Source: Nitrospirota bacterium
GTDB lineage: Bacteria; Nitrospirota; Nitrospiria; Nitrospirales; Nitrospiraceae
Direction: 5' to 3'
NCBI GenBank assembly: GCA_963701855.1
Contig: CAVPBK010000006.1
Coordinates: forward strand, 64,001 to 128,000
Length of the DNA stretch: 64,000 bases
In this document: positions 31,347 through 41,899 of the stretch, in pieces
Layout of the letters: each line of letters opens with the position of its first letter
Numbering within the stretch: position 1 is the stretch's first letter
The notes under the pieces: generated by a model
What the model was told of the DNA's origin: nothing
Seen by the model: the letters and a program-made list of their open reading frames with translations, nothing else
Database searches by the model: none
Program-made: the position numbers and the translations under genes

Positions 31347-31949
31347 ATGATTCTAGTCGGCCTCACAGGCGGCATCGCCACCGGGAAAAGTACCGTTGCC
31401 AAGATGTTCAAGCAATGCGGCGCGGTCGTCATCGATGCCGACGAATTGACCCGTGATATTGTGTTGCCGGATAAACCTGCCTGGCGTCAGATCGTGAAAA
31501 CATTCGGTAAGACCGTCCTCCATCTTGACCACACCCTCAATCGCCGTGAGCTGGGAATCGTTGCTTTCGGAAACCGGACCAAGTTGCACCGACTTGAACA
31601 AATCATCCACCCCCGTGTAGCACGCGAACAAACCAGGCTAACGAGGCAAGCTGCACGAAATGACCCTCAAGCCGTAGTAATCTACGACGTGCCGCTCCTC
31701 TTCGAAGCCGGTGTAGACAAGCGCGTGGATAAAGTCATCGTCGTCACCGCCGACCGAGAAACACAAATCGCCCGTCTCAAGCAAAGAAACGGCCTCTCCC
31801 GCGCTGAAGCCATCCGCCGCATCCGCAGCCAAATGCCCTTGGCAAAGAAGATTCAGCGAGCGGACCATGTGCTAAGTGGAACCCTCCCTCGCCCCTCACT
31901 CCGCCGGCACGTCGGCCAGCTCCTGAAGCAACTTCGACTCCTCGCATAA
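31347..31949 (+). CDS. coaE: Dephospho-CoA kinase
   Basis: [32 protein letters not shown]. Confidence 0.96.
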   Translation: MILVGLTGGIATGKSTVAKMFKQCGAVVIDADELTRDIVLPDKPAWRQIVKTFGKTVLHLDHTLNRRELGIVAFGNRTKLHRLEQIIHPRVAREQTRLTRQAARNDPQAVVIYDVPLLFEAGVDKRVDKVIVVTADRETQIARLKQRNGLSRAEAIRRIRSQMPLAKKIQRADHVLSGTLPRPSLRRHVGQLLKQLRLLA

Positions 31950-32002
31950 GACCCAACCCTCTGCCGTGCATTCCCTCAACCCCTTGTGTTAAATTTTTGC
32001 CC

Positions 32003-32929
32003 ATGCGCAACGTCGTCATCATTGGTTCAGGCCCAGCCGGCTTGACCGCCGCCGTCTATGCGGCACGGGCAAATCTCTCGCCCCTGCTCATTGAAGGCTG
32101 GCAATCGGGCGGGCAATTAACCACGACGACGGAGGTCGAGAATTATCCTGGCTTCGCCAAGGGCATCATGGGCCCGGAGTTGATGAAAGAAATGCGAGCG
32201 CAGGCCGAACGGTTCGGCACGGAGTTCTTGACCGGTGATGTGACAGCCGTAGACTTTACACAGCGACCATTCACAATTACCGTTGACGCTGAGCAGACAA
32301 TCCACGCAAAGACCGTCATTGTCGCCACCGGCGCATCGGCTATTCAGATCGGATTGAAGAACGAGGCGCGCCTCACAGGGCACGGCGTCTCAACCTGTGC
32401 AACCTGCGATGGGTTCTTCTTCAAGGAAAAGGAACTGATTGTTGTCGGCGGCGGCGACAGCGCAATGGAGGAAGCAACCTTCCTGACTAAATTCGCCAGC
32501 AAGGTTTCCGTTGTCCACCGGCGCGACAAACTGCGAGCCTCTAAAATCATGCAAGACCGCGGGGTGAAGAACGAGAAGATCACATTCGTGTGGAACTCCG
32601 TCGTCGAAGACATTCTCGGCCATGATGTGGTCATCGGCGCCCGCCTCAAGAATCTCGTCACAGGCAAGACGACGGACCTGCCTTGTGCCGGCGTGTTCGT
32701 CGCCATCGGGCACCGTCCCAACACCGCTCTGTTCGCCGGCCAGCTCGCGATGGATGCAAAAGGCTATATTCGAACAGAGAAGGGAACCGCTACTAGTGTC
32801 CCTGGTGTCTTTGCTGCAGGTGATGTGCAGGATTCGGTCTATCGTCAGGCTGTCACTGCAGCAGGCTCAGGCTGCATGGCAGCTATCGACGCTGAACGAT
32901 TCCTTGAATCAGGGAGTCATACCCTCTAA
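32003..32929 (+). CDS. trxB: Thioredoxin-disulfide reductase
   Basis: [33 protein letters not shown]. Confidence 0.97.
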   Translation: MRNVVIIGSGPAGLTAAVYAARANLSPLLIEGWQSGGQLTTTTEVENYPGFAKGIMGPELMKEMRAQAERFGTEFLTGDVTAVDFTQRPFTITVDAEQTIHAKTVIVATGASAIQIGLKNEARLTGHGVSTCATCDGFFFKEKELIVVGGGDSAMEEATFLTKFASKVSVVHRRDKLRASKIMQDRGVKNEKITFVWNSVVEDILGHDVVIGARLKNLVTGKTTDLPCAGVFVAIGHRPNTALFAGQLAMDAKGYIRTEKGTATSVPGVFAAGDVQDSVYRQAVTAAGSGCMAAIDAERFLESGSHTL

Positions 32930-32936
32930 ATCCCCA

Positions 32937-33110
32937 CGGGATGCTCAAAATGGTCGTCCAACAAGGCCGCAGGCGAGACAAATACCGGAGGCGTACCCTC
33001 CTCTCCGGTAGGTTGAGGATTTTGTCTCGCCGAGAACGAAGCTCGCGGAACCGCATGTCTCGGCGCGCTGGGGCTGGGAGGGTGAGAAGTCTGCCATTTT
33101 CAGCATCCCG
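32937..33110. repeat. MITE/REP-like repeat, family A, with an internal insertion
   Basis: CGGGATGCTCAAAATGG...GGCGTACCCTC...GTTGAGG...GAGAACG...CCATTTTCAGCATCCCG; the ends are inverted repeats. Confidence 0.8.
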
Positions 33111-33117
33111 ATAAATT

Positions 33118-34296
33118 ATGCGCTGCGCTATCGTCCATTACCACGAACTCGCCCTCAAAGGCCGCAACCGTGAATATTTCGAGGAGCGGCTCGTACGCAA
33201 TATCCAATGGACACTGAAGGACCTCGGCGTCAGACGCGTCGAGAATCTTCGCAGTCGAATTCGCGTGGTCCTGCCTGACACGGTTCCGGACCAGACCATC
33301 AAAGAACGGCTCACACGAGTCTTCGGGATCGCCAACTTTTCACTGGCCCATGGCTTGTCGCTTGATCTCGCACATCCAGATCTTGGGGTGCTCAGCAAAG
33401 CGGTCATCGACTCGCTCCGGTTAGAATCCTTTTCCACCTTCCGTGTATCGGCAAAGCGGGCTGACAAGCGCCTGACCCTGACCTCCATGGAAGTCGCGCG
33501 GGACATTGGCGCTGCCATCTGCGAAGAAACCGGCAAGAAAGTCAGTCTGAAAGATCCCGACCTTACGGTCTATATCGAGCTGCTCTCCAAAGAGGTCTAC
33601 TATGCGACCGAAAAGATTCAGGGGCCTGGGGGAATGCCGGTGGGTGTCAGCGGAAAAGTCGCCTGTCTGATCTCCGGAGGAATCGATTCGCCGGTCGCAG
33701 CCTATCGCATGATGAAACGCGGATGCCGAGCCCTCTTTGTCCACTTCTCCGGCCGGCCGCTCGTCAGCCGTGCCTCAGAAGAGAAAGTGCGCGAACTCGT
33801 GCAACTCCTTACGGTCCATCAATACCGGTCGACGCTCTACGTCATCCCGTTCGGAGAAATTCAACGCGACATTGTGTTCAATGCACCGGCTCCATTTCGC
33901 GTGGTGCTCTACCGACGGGTCATGATCCGCATCGCGCAGGAATTAGCCAAACGTGAGCACTGTTGGGGACTCGTCACAGGTGACAGCTTAGGGCAAGTCG
34001 CCTCGCAAACGCCTGAGAACTTGACGGTCATTGAAGAGGCGGCAGAGCTGCCGATCCTGCGTCCGCTCATCGGCATGGACAAGGTGGAGATCACCGACCA
34101 GGCTCAACAGATCGGCAGTTTCGCCATTTCAATCGAGCCGGATCAAGATTGCTGCTCGCTCTTCACCCCACCACACCCCAGCACAAAAACCAGACTCGAC
34201 GACATTCAGAAGGTTGAACGGGTGTTCGATATTGGCGCGCTGGTGAAGCAGGGCATCGAGAAGGCTGAGCTATCCCAATTCACCTTTCCTCAGTAG
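33118..34296 (+). CDS. thiI: tRNA 4-thiouridine synthase (THUMP plus PP-loop, no rhodanese domain)
   Basis: ELALKGRNR, SGGIDSPVA, TGDSLGQVASQT, RPLIGMDK, DCC. Confidence 0.95.
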   Translation: MRCAIVHYHELALKGRNREYFEERLVRNIQWTLKDLGVRRVENLRSRIRVVLPDTVPDQTIKERLTRVFGIANFSLAHGLSLDLAHPDLGVLSKAVIDSLRLESFSTFRVSAKRADKRLTLTSMEVARDIGAAICEETGKKVSLKDPDLTVYIELLSKEVYYATEKIQGPGGMPVGVSGKVACLISGGIDSPVAAYRMMKRGCRALFVHFSGRPLVSRASEEKVRELVQLLTVHQYRSTLYVIPFGEIQRDIVFNAPAPFRVVLYRRVMIRIAQELAKREHCWGLVTGDSLGQVASQTPENLTVIEEAAELPILRPLIGMDKVEITDQAQQIGSFAISIEPDQDCCSLFTPPHPSTKTRLDDIQKVERVFDIGALVKQGIEKAELSQFTFPQ

Positions 34297-34453
34297 CAGG
34301 GCACTGAAACGGTTCGGCAGCGGCCATGGGGCGTGACTCGCGAGACAGACGAGAAATGCGCGACGTGAACGGATTGGGCTTCCATCTCGGTTGGCCCGTC
34401 TCGCTTGTCCCGCGCCCGCGACGTCCCTTCAACCTACTTTACTCATTGCCAGG

Positions 34454-35002
34454 CTACTGCGCTTGCGCGAGCGCCTTTTCCTTCACGAGTCGGAAATGCG
34501 CTTTCAGATCTCGCCGCATCGCCGCGGCAACCATCCAATCCGGCACCATCATGTCGATCTCAACAAGCAGTTCGAACTCAGCTTTTGTATGAGCCCCGCC
34601 ATCAGCAGGGGTAAGTTTCCAGAACCGACGGTACTGTTTGAAGTCGCCGCCCTTCAATTCTGTCAGTATCCCTCCGGTCGGCAGGATCCTTGTCTCACTC
34701 AAGAGACGCTGTTCTCCTGGGAGCAGGGCATGGCCGATCCGAATATCTGTGAACACCTTACCGTCTTGCTCCCGTGTCTCCACCATCCTCATCCGTCCAT
34801 CGAAAAGATCAGGCCAATGGGCATAGTCGGTTAGTATTCGCTGGATGATTGCCACCTCCACCGGAAAGAAAATCGTGGCCGTCGCCCGTACGCCGCCGGT
34901 GGGTTCTTTACGGACATCCAGCACATCAGGCTCGACCGCACAGCTCCACCCGGACCAGCCGAATACGAGACATCCCACAATGATCATCACACGCCACAAC
35001 AT
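34454..35002 (-). CDS. SRPBCC/START-like exported protein
   Basis: Signal/TM segment, ILTDYAHWPDL, GDFKQYRRFW, C-terminal helix. Confidence 0.65.
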   Translation of the reverse strand: MLWRVMIIVGCLVFGWSGWSCAVEPDVLDVRKEPTGGVRATATIFFPVEVAIIQRILTDYAHWPDLFDGRMRMVETREQDGKVFTDIRIGHALLPGEQRLLSETRILPTGGILTELKGGDFKQYRRFWKLTPADGGAHTKAEFELLVEIDMMVPDWMVAAAMRRDLKAHFRLVKEKALAQAQ

Positions 35003-35155
35003 GGCACGATTATATAGACTCATTGAGAACCAAGCGAGCACTAACAGTGATCCGCGAGACGTGAATCGTTAAACGTGAAACGTTTGAGAGGGAAAGCGCT
35101 CGGCAGTCCACCTTTCACTTTTTCTTTGGGAATGGCAATGGTGCAAGAGCGGCTC

Positions 35156-35423
35156 GCAGGATGCCCGAAAAGACCACCCGTCTCACCCACCCAACCCCGG
35201 CGGCTACTTCACCCTCTCGCCCTGAATCTGCCAAGACAGCCTCTTCACCCTGAGACACGCCTTGTCCCAAGCAAAGCCGCAGCAGTTTATTACTCGCATT
35301 CAAAAGGGTAGCCTGGACTGGTCCCAAACCGCGCGCATCGAGGGCGCACATTCTAATCGTGCGCACTCTTCGAGCGAAAGGGACCATCCAGGCTACCCTC
35401 TCCATCCTTTTTCAGCATCCTGC
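35156..35423. repeat. Long (about 270 bp) MITE with family-A ends and family-B core
   Basis: Ends GCAGGATGCCCGAAAAG / CTTTTTCAGCATCCTGC; internal GCGCGCATCGAGGGCGCACATTCTAATCGTGCGC. Confidence 0.7.
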
Positions 35424-35452
35424 GGAACTTCTCTGTGCTACGATGCGTGACT

Positions 35453-35818
35453 ATGAAACGCTGGTCCTTCCTGCTACTCGTGCTCATCGGCCTGTGGAGC
35501 CTATTAGAAGAGGCTCACGCGCAACCCATGGACGATTCACATGCCACGACAGAACAGTCTTGCAGTTTCGGTATGGCGAAGGGAGAGGCGTCGCAAAGCT
35601 GTCGAGTCCCCTTCCCAACAGGTTGCCTCGTAGCCAATACCCCTGGAACCGACAAACCCTGGACGACCATCTCCAAGGGTGGAAACACATTCTGCCGATT
35701 AGACGAGAACGCCACGGACTGGAAAAGCAAAATCACCGGCTCCTGCACCCGTTGCAAATCCGACCATTGCTCAGCACAGTTTAGCGTCCGCTTCGACTGT
35801 TCCCAACAATTGCACTAG
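35453..35818 (+). CDS. Exported Cys-rich hypothetical protein
   Basis: Signal peptide ending AHA; eight Cys in the mature part. Confidence 0.7.
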   Translation: MKRWSFLLLVLIGLWSLLEEAHAQPMDDSHATTEQSCSFGMAKGEASQSCRVPFPTGCLVANTPGTDKPWTTISKGGNTFCRLDENATDWKSKITGSCTRCKSDHCSAQFSVRFDCSQQLH

Positions 35819-35943
35819 CAGGATGCTGAAAAAGTCCGCCAGCTTCGTTCTCGCATCGTTCGGACACTCAACCTACCCCAGAGGATACGCCTCCGGGTCT
35901 TCATTCGCTACAGCCTTGCTGGGCGGACTTTTTGAGCATCCTG
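35818..35943. repeat. MITE/REP-like repeat, family A (best-preserved copy)
   Basis: Ends CAGGATGCTGAAAAAGTCCGCC / GGCGGACTTTTTGAGCATCCTG; starts at the CTAG containing the upstream stop codon. Confidence 0.88.
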
Positions 35944-36024
35944 AACTGTATTCTCCTGTTGGCCCAGACGTGACAACCGGTGACGCTCTAGTCTGCCAAT
36001 TTAATTTTTCACCGACGGCTAGAC

Positions 36025-37050
36025 ATGTCCTTGGCTGAAGAGATCAAACGTGAAGCCCTTGCCCTTGGCTTCGATGCCGTCGGTATCAGCCAAGTCACCG
36101 GTAGCGGGCCGCCTTCAGCCTTCAGCCTTCAGCCTGACTCCTCCCTTCCCGACCCCGCTCCCCCGTTACCCCATCACTTGCTCAGCCGTCTCACGAAATG
36201 GCTCCGGCAAGGTTATCACGGCACGATGGCTTGGATGACTCGCGACCCAGCCCGTCGAAGCGATCCGCAGCTGGTCTTGCCAGGATGCCGATCGATGGTC
36301 TCGGTCGGAATGAACTACTACACCGATAATCGTGCAAACGAGCAGCCTGGAATGGGACGCATCGCCCGCTACGCCTGGGGAAAGGATTACCATGCAGTGA
36401 TGAGCCAGCGGCTCGCGCAACTCGAAGCGAAGATCGCAGCCCTGGCGCCCGGCGTGACCACAAAGGCCTATGTCGATACCGGCCCGATCATGGAAAAGGC
36501 CTGGGCGCAGCAGGCCGGCCTCGGCTGGATCGGAAAACATTCAAATCTCGTCTCGTCCGAATCTGGCTCCTGGCTTCTACTCGGGGAGATTCTGACGACC
36601 CAGGATCTGAAACCGGATGAACCGGCCACAGATCTGTGCGGAAGCTGCACCCTCTGTATCCAAGCTTGTCCGACAGGCGCCATCGTCGAACCCTATGTCG
36701 TCGATGCCAGACGCTGTATCTCATACTTGACCATCGAACTGCGCGGCGGGCGCGAGGTCATCTCCGACGAGCTCGCCTCTCAGATGGGCAATCGCATCTT
36801 TGGCTGCGACGATTGCCTAGACGTCTGTCCCTTTAATTTGAGAGCAGACCCAACAAGTGAACCAGCCTTTGCTCCCACGCCCTTGACTCTTACTCCCAGC
36901 CTCGACCGTCTGGCTCAGATTGGCCAGGAACAGTTTTCGACCACGTTCAAGGAGAGCCCTCTCAAACGGGCCAAACGAAGCGGGCTTCTTCGCAACGTAG
37001 AGATTGCACAAGAGAATCTCACCCGACAGACAGGGGGCCGGATATCTTAA
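36025..37050 (+). CDS. queG: tRNA epoxyqueuosine(34) reductase
   Basis: YHGTMAWM, IARYAWGKDYH, VDTGPIMEK, CGSCTLCIQACP, CISYLTIE, GCDDCLDVCP. Confidence 0.96.
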   Translation: MSLAEEIKREALALGFDAVGISQVTGSGPPSAFSLQPDSSLPDPAPPLPHHLLSRLTKWLRQGYHGTMAWMTRDPARRSDPQLVLPGCRSMVSVGMNYYTDNRANEQPGMGRIARYAWGKDYHAVMSQRLAQLEAKIAALAPGVTTKAYVDTGPIMEKAWAQQAGLGWIGKHSNLVSSESGSWLLLGEILTTQDLKPDEPATDLCGSCTLCIQACPTGAIVEPYVVDARRCISYLTIELRGGREVISDELASQMGNRIFGCDDCLDVCPFNLRADPTSEPAFAPTPLTLTPSLDRLAQIGQEQFSTTFKESPLKRAKRSGLLRNVEIAQENLTRQTGGRIS

Positions 37051-37119
37051 CTGCCCCCTTTTTTCTTGGCCGGAAGAGGAGTAGGCTATTTCCAGTACTT
37101 AGCAGGGAGGTTTGAACAC

Positions 37120-38478
37120 GTGCATCCTCCGGTCCTGCTACTCATCTCGGCCGATCCCCACACCAGACCGTTGCTGGAACAATCCCTCGACGACCGACGC
37201 GCCACCATCCTTGTTGCCCCAACAACCGAAGAAGGCCTGCGCATCCTGAAAGACCAAGGAGACCTGGCTCTCGTCGTATGTGACGAGAGCCAGGGACGGA
37301 TTGCGAGCCAGGTGATCCTCTCTCAGTCCAGACGCACCGCTCAGCACCTCCCCGTGATCATCCTCGGAACAGACGGATCGGCCAAAGCCGCAGTCGAGGC
37401 CTTGCACCGTGGCGCCACCGACTACCTTGCACAACCGGTCACGATGAAAGATCTCCTGACTGCCATCCACAAAACTCAGGTCTTCGAAACACCAAATCTC
37501 CAAGTACGGACGGAGCGACCCTCAGCATTCGATCAGATCATCAGCCGGTCGCCTCAGATGAAACTGCTCAAACATCTGGCAACCGAAGTTGCCCAAACCG
37601 ATGCGACGACCGTCCTTATCACCGGTGAAAGCGGCACCGGCAAAGAACTCTTTGCTCAGGGCATCCATGCTGCCGGCCCCAGGTCCAAAGGCCCGTTCGT
37701 AGCACTCAACTGCGCCGGCATTCCCGAACACCTCCTCGAATCGGAATTGTTCGGTTATCAGCGCGGCGCCTTTACCGATGCGAAGCAGACCAAACCGGGA
37801 CGATTTCAACAAGCGGAGGGCGGCACACTCTTCCTTGACGAAATCGGTGAGATGAGTCCCTCCGCGCAGGCGAAGCTCTTACGGGTCCTGGAAAATCACC
37901 GGGTCGATCCGCTCGGCGACACACACAGCATCCATGTCGACATTCGCGTAATCGCTGCCACGAACGAAGATTTACCGGCTCAGATCAAAACCGGACGGTT
38001 CCGCCTAGATCTGTACTATCGGCTGAACGTCTATCAACTGCGCATCCCGCCGCTCCGCGAACGGCCAGAAGATATCGAGCCAATCCTGACATCTTTCCTA
38101 GAGATCGCCCGCCGCGATCATGGCTGTCGCATCAAAGGCATTACCCCAGCCGCGCTGGCCATCTTGCAGACCCACGACTGGCCCGGCAATGTGCGGGAGC
38201 TGCACAACGTGGTCGAAGGGCTCACCATCACATGTAAGACCGAGATGATCCAGCCGGACCACCTTCCTATTTCTGTGCGAGACATCCAGTCGGCAGGATC
38301 GAACAGAGAGATCGAGAATACATCGCTCCTGGCCTTCGGCCTCTCGGCTCAGGAGATGGAAAAGAAACTGTTAAAGGAAGCGCTGCAGCGCACAGGCGGC
38401 AACATTTCCGAAGCCAGCCGACTCCTCAAAATCACGCGCAATACGCTGCGATATCGCATGGCAAAATATCAGCTCTAG
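37120..38478 (+). CDS. Sigma54-dependent NtrC-family activator (REC-AAA+-HTH) with atypical receiver
   Basis: GESGTGKE, ESELFG, GAFTDA, LFLDEIG, WPGNVREL, Fis-type HTH. Confidence 0.92.
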   Translation: MHPPVLLLISADPHTRPLLEQSLDDRRATILVAPTTEEGLRILKDQGDLALVVCDESQGRIASQVILSQSRRTAQHLPVIILGTDGSAKAAVEALHRGATDYLAQPVTMKDLLTAIHKTQVFETPNLQVRTERPSAFDQIISRSPQMKLLKHLATEVAQTDATTVLITGESGTGKELFAQGIHAAGPRSKGPFVALNCAGIPEHLLESELFGYQRGAFTDAKQTKPGRFQQAEGGTLFLDEIGEMSPSAQAKLLRVLENHRVDPLGDTHSIHVDIRVIAATNEDLPAQIKTGRFRLDLYYRLNVYQLRIPPLRERPEDIEPILTSFLEIARRDHGCRIKGITPAALAILQTHDWPGNVRELHNVVEGLTITCKTEMIQPDHLPISVRDIQSAGSNREIENTSLLAFGLSAQEMEKKLLKEALQRTGGNISEASRLLKITRNTLRYRMAKYQL

Positions 38479-38597
38479 CAGGTTGTTGAAAAACAGGGGA
38501 GGGGTACTATGGATGGTTCCTTTCGCTCGCAGAGTGCGCACGGTGAGGGACCAATCCAGGCCATCCTTAGGAGAATGAGCCCTCGCATAGGATCCCC

Positions 38598-38846
38598 GTG
38601 TGCGTGTTCATCAATTTGTCCGGGACACCACAACCATCGCTCACCGTAGCCAAAGCAGCGAGAACTCTCACCATCTACAGTGTGGTCTTTCTTCAAGCCG
38701 CATTTGACTTTATTATTATCGCTTTCGTAGCCTTCCTCGCAGTAAAGCAAGTCAACCGCTTCAAGAAGGAAACGCGTCCAGCACCACCAGCAGGGCCGCC
38801 ACCAAGCGCCGCTCCTGCGACGAAATTTCCCACGATGTGGGAATGA
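38598..38846 (+). pseudogene. mscL: MscL (large mechanosensitive channel) C-terminal remnant
   Basis: FINLSG...SLTVAKAA...FLQAAFDFIIIAFVAFLAVKQVNRFKK matches the MscL loop and TM2. The N-terminus is replaced by repeat sequence at 38477-38590. Confidence 0.75.
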
Positions 38847-38896
38847 GAAGATTCACACGATAGATGACCCGCGCAATGCAGAAGGAGGAGATCATC

Positions 38897-39649
38897 ATGC
38901 AGACATTCAAAACCGCCATCCTGGTAACAAACTTGGCCGCTCTGGCAGGCTGTGCGAACTGGGATAAGAGCCCCATTTGTCCTAACACTCACGGATGGCA
39001 GGCTTGGTCTGACAGTCGTTGCAATGCCGACAACGCATCGAAGGATATGGCCGCCGGCGTCCAGGCTGGGGCAGGAGACGAAGATACGCTTGCAGCCGAC
39101 CTTGCCGCAGCTAGGCAACGGAATGCCGAACTCGAGAGGCAGCTGGCTGATCGAGACAAGGAACTAGTTGGACTGCGCGGCGAACTCTCTTCCGAGATGA
39201 CGAAACTGAAAGCAGCTCAGCGTAGATTGATCCCGGCGCTTCGTCCTCAGATCGAGAAGGGTGACATCACCGTCGATCTTAACAATGAGCGGTTGTTGAT
39301 TAACCTGGCTTCCGGCTATCTGTTCGGGTCCGGCCAGGATGTACTAAAACCAGCGGGCGCAGATGCACTGAAGCATGTCGGGGCGGTCTTGAAAGATTTC
39401 CCAGAGTACAAGGTGGCGGTGGACGGTCATACCGACAACGTGCCAATCGGGGGCATACTGACGAAGAAGTTCCCCACGAACAAGGAGCTCTCTGAGTCCC
39501 GTGCGGCCAATGCGGCGAAGGCGCTGATCGAAGGTGGCCTCGGCACCGCGACGACGCATGGGTATGCAGACACCAAGCCGGTTGAACCGAACACGACCGA
39601 TTTGGGTCGGGCGAAGAACCGCCGCGTCGAGGTTCGCGTCACGAAGTAG
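38897..39649 (+). CDS. OmpA/MotB-family peptidoglycan-binding lipoprotein
   Basis: Lipobox LAGC, coiled coil, VDGHTDN, NKELSESRA, GYADTKP, RAKNRRVE. Confidence 0.9.
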   Translation: MQTFKTAILVTNLAALAGCANWDKSPICPNTHGWQAWSDSRCNADNASKDMAAGVQAGAGDEDTLAADLAAARQRNAELERQLADRDKELVGLRGELSSEMTKLKAAQRRLIPALRPQIEKGDITVDLNNERLLINLASGYLFGSGQDVLKPAGADALKHVGAVLKDFPEYKVAVDGHTDNVPIGGILTKKFPTNKELSESRAANAAKALIEGGLGTATTHGYADTKPVEPNTTDLGRAKNRRVEVRVTK

Positions 39650-40175
39650 CGCTTCCCACAGGAGAACGACGACGGGGGCCTCTCCATACCCGAGAAGCTC
39701 CCGTTGCCTCATGAGCCATTTTCACCCGTAAAAAAGAGGAGAGCTGAGAAAGTCGTCTTGAAATCTGAGGATTGATCTTCCACCGCGCGCGACTTTCTCA
39801 ACAGCCTGCAGAAACGTTTCCCTGCGCCCTAAGCATGCCAACCATAGAAGTTCTGCTCTGCCGAAACAGTATTCCCGCAGCCTACTACGATACTGAAACA
39901 AGCCCCCAACTTCGTCTCATCTCAACAGAATTCTCAACGTAGACGGCAAGGCTTATACAGAGCCAGTTCACAGCTACCTTGCTATCTACATTCTCGCGTA
40001 CCTTTCTGCCCAGCCTGTTGGAATCTTCTATCCATAGAACCGCGAGTGGACCATGGCAAGTTATTGATTTGTGGCTCCAGCTTGGGCCAACAGGCGGGGC
40101 TTCATTCTTGCTCAACTGCTCATCCAGGATTTTTGTATGCCCAATGCACAGACGCGAAGAACGGAGGATTCGAGC

Positions 40176-41129
40176 ATGGAACAACCAAGGTCCGCTCTTG
40201 ACCACTATAAACGCGGTCGTGTGCTCAAGCACGCCCACATGTTCGACCAAGCGCGCGAAGAGTTTCTGCACGTGGTCAGTGACCCTCAGTATGCCGGCAA
40301 CGCCCATGTACAGATCGCTATGTGCTTGCGGGCGACGGGGCGCTATGACGAAGCCGTCGAGGCATTCCGCCAAGCCCTGGAAGTGGGCACGTTCTCCTCC
40401 AAAGAAAAAGCGCACATCCTGTACTTCCTGAGACTCACGTTGCAGGCACTCGGTCGATACGCCGAAGCGCTGGAGGCCTATGGCTGGACCAGAAATGAGG
40501 CCCCCGGGTTCCAGGACGTGGCGCAGCGGATTAAACATCTGCTCGCAGGAGGACGCGGCCTGCTCCCCCGGCGTCGACCGGCTGCTCAGTCCGTAGTTGG
40601 AAACATGCTCAAACTTGAGGAACAACTCACGCCTCAGGTGCTGAATCTGCTAGGACAGGCCTGGACATCATTCGGCCAGTATGCGGATAGATTGGTGACC
40701 CGAGGGGACCAAAAACAGAGCCCCAGTTTCCGAGATGTGGGCCCCTCCAGTGGAGAACGAGAGCTCACGTCGACACGATGCAGTCCACCAGCATCCAGGG
40801 GTCGGAAGAGAAACACACGTCGGCACGTTCGCGTCGCAGTCCGATTGCAGAGCCACTTTTCATCAAAGAGTCAGAGAGTGGACGGTAAAGGAGAGCTGCG
40901 AGACCTCTCCCTTGCGGGCTGTCGCGTCACGAGTCTCGTGGCTGTCCCCGTGGGAGCCGAATTGGAGTGTTGTATCTTCTCGCAGGACGCAGACAATCCA
41001 TTCACCATCGACGGCGCAACGGTGCGCTGGAGCCGTCCTCAGGAATTCGGCTTGGCCTTCACCAAGATACGTCCGGGCGTACAGAGGCAAATCGCGCAGC
41101 TGTGTAGAGAACGGGTACCACTAGAATAG
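40176..41129 (+). CDS. TPR plus C-terminal PilZ domain protein
   Basis: TPR-like helices (GRYDEAVEAFRQAL); RRHVR...DLSLAGC...ATVRW...FGLAF. Confidence 0.8.
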   Translation: MEQPRSALDHYKRGRVLKHAHMFDQAREEFLHVVSDPQYAGNAHVQIAMCLRATGRYDEAVEAFRQALEVGTFSSKEKAHILYFLRLTLQALGRYAEALEAYGWTRNEAPGFQDVAQRIKHLLAGGRGLLPRRRPAAQSVVGNMLKLEEQLTPQVLNLLGQAWTSFGQYADRLVTRGDQKQSPSFRDVGPSSGERELTSTRCSPPASRGRKRNTRRHVRVAVRLQSHFSSKSQRVDGKGELRDLSLAGCRVTSLVAVPVGAELECCIFSQDADNPFTIDGATVRWSRPQEFGLAFTKIRPGVQRQIAQLCRERVPLE

Positions 41130-41206
41130 AAGAGCTTGGGATGACGCAACGCAGTGGGCCTTTCGGCAGATGGCCGTGGACCGGCTAAACCAGTACGACA
41201 ACATCG

Positions 41207-41372
41207 GGGAGCTGCACAACGTAGTCGAAGGACTTACCATCACATGTAAGAACGAGATGGTCCAGCCGAACCACGTCCCTGTCTCTGTGCGAAGATCTGG
41301 ATTGAACGGAGAGATCGAGAAAACAGCGCTCCTGGCCTTCGGCCTCTCGGCCCAGGAGATGGAAAAGAAACT
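41207..41372 (+). pseudogene. Diverged duplicate of the 3' part of the NtrC-family gene (about 38195-38370)
   Basis: ELHNVVEGLTITCKNEMVQPNHVP...LLAFGLSAQEMEKKLL versus ELHNVVEGLTITCKTEMIQPDHLP...LLAFGLSAQEMEKKLL. Confidence 0.9.
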
Positions 41373-41899
41373 GCTGCGACCTCGTTGTATGGCTTGTTTG
41401 AACACCCTCACTCGAGCATGCGGACCACCAGAAGCGTACTGAACGATATGAATGTCAGCCACAGCCCACGGTCAAACCACCTGGCAGGATCTCGTCCGAT
41501 TGCACGGGGCGCGCCTCTCTGATGTCGAGTCAAGTAGCGACCTCGTTTCGCACACCTTTTGCACCTCGTCATGTCGCCATCAAAGTACTATCCGACTGTC
41601 TCTTTCGAACAAACCACTGCTTTCCAAGAAGTCCTGTATTCCAATAAAGTAACGAGCGGAATCAGGGACTTTTCGAAGCTCTTCGTCTAGAAAGAGATAC
41701 TGCCCATTATTCTCAGAAAACTGGAGAACACCGTCCCCGAACGACCTATCAATGTTTGATCCTATGATCCAAAAACCTCGTTTGGGACTGCCATCTAAGA
41801 GGACGGCTCCCCAACCCGTTAACTCATGATCAGCAGCTGTCTTTTGCAATTCCTCAACATGCGTTCGTAGTACGCCCCAAGAATTTGACGAAGCGATTG

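Noticed and set aside
38477..39809. Composite transposon carrying the mscL remnant and OmpA gene between IR-like ends
   Set aside because: The right end pairs better with its local partner at about 39743, and no target duplication or transposase is seen.
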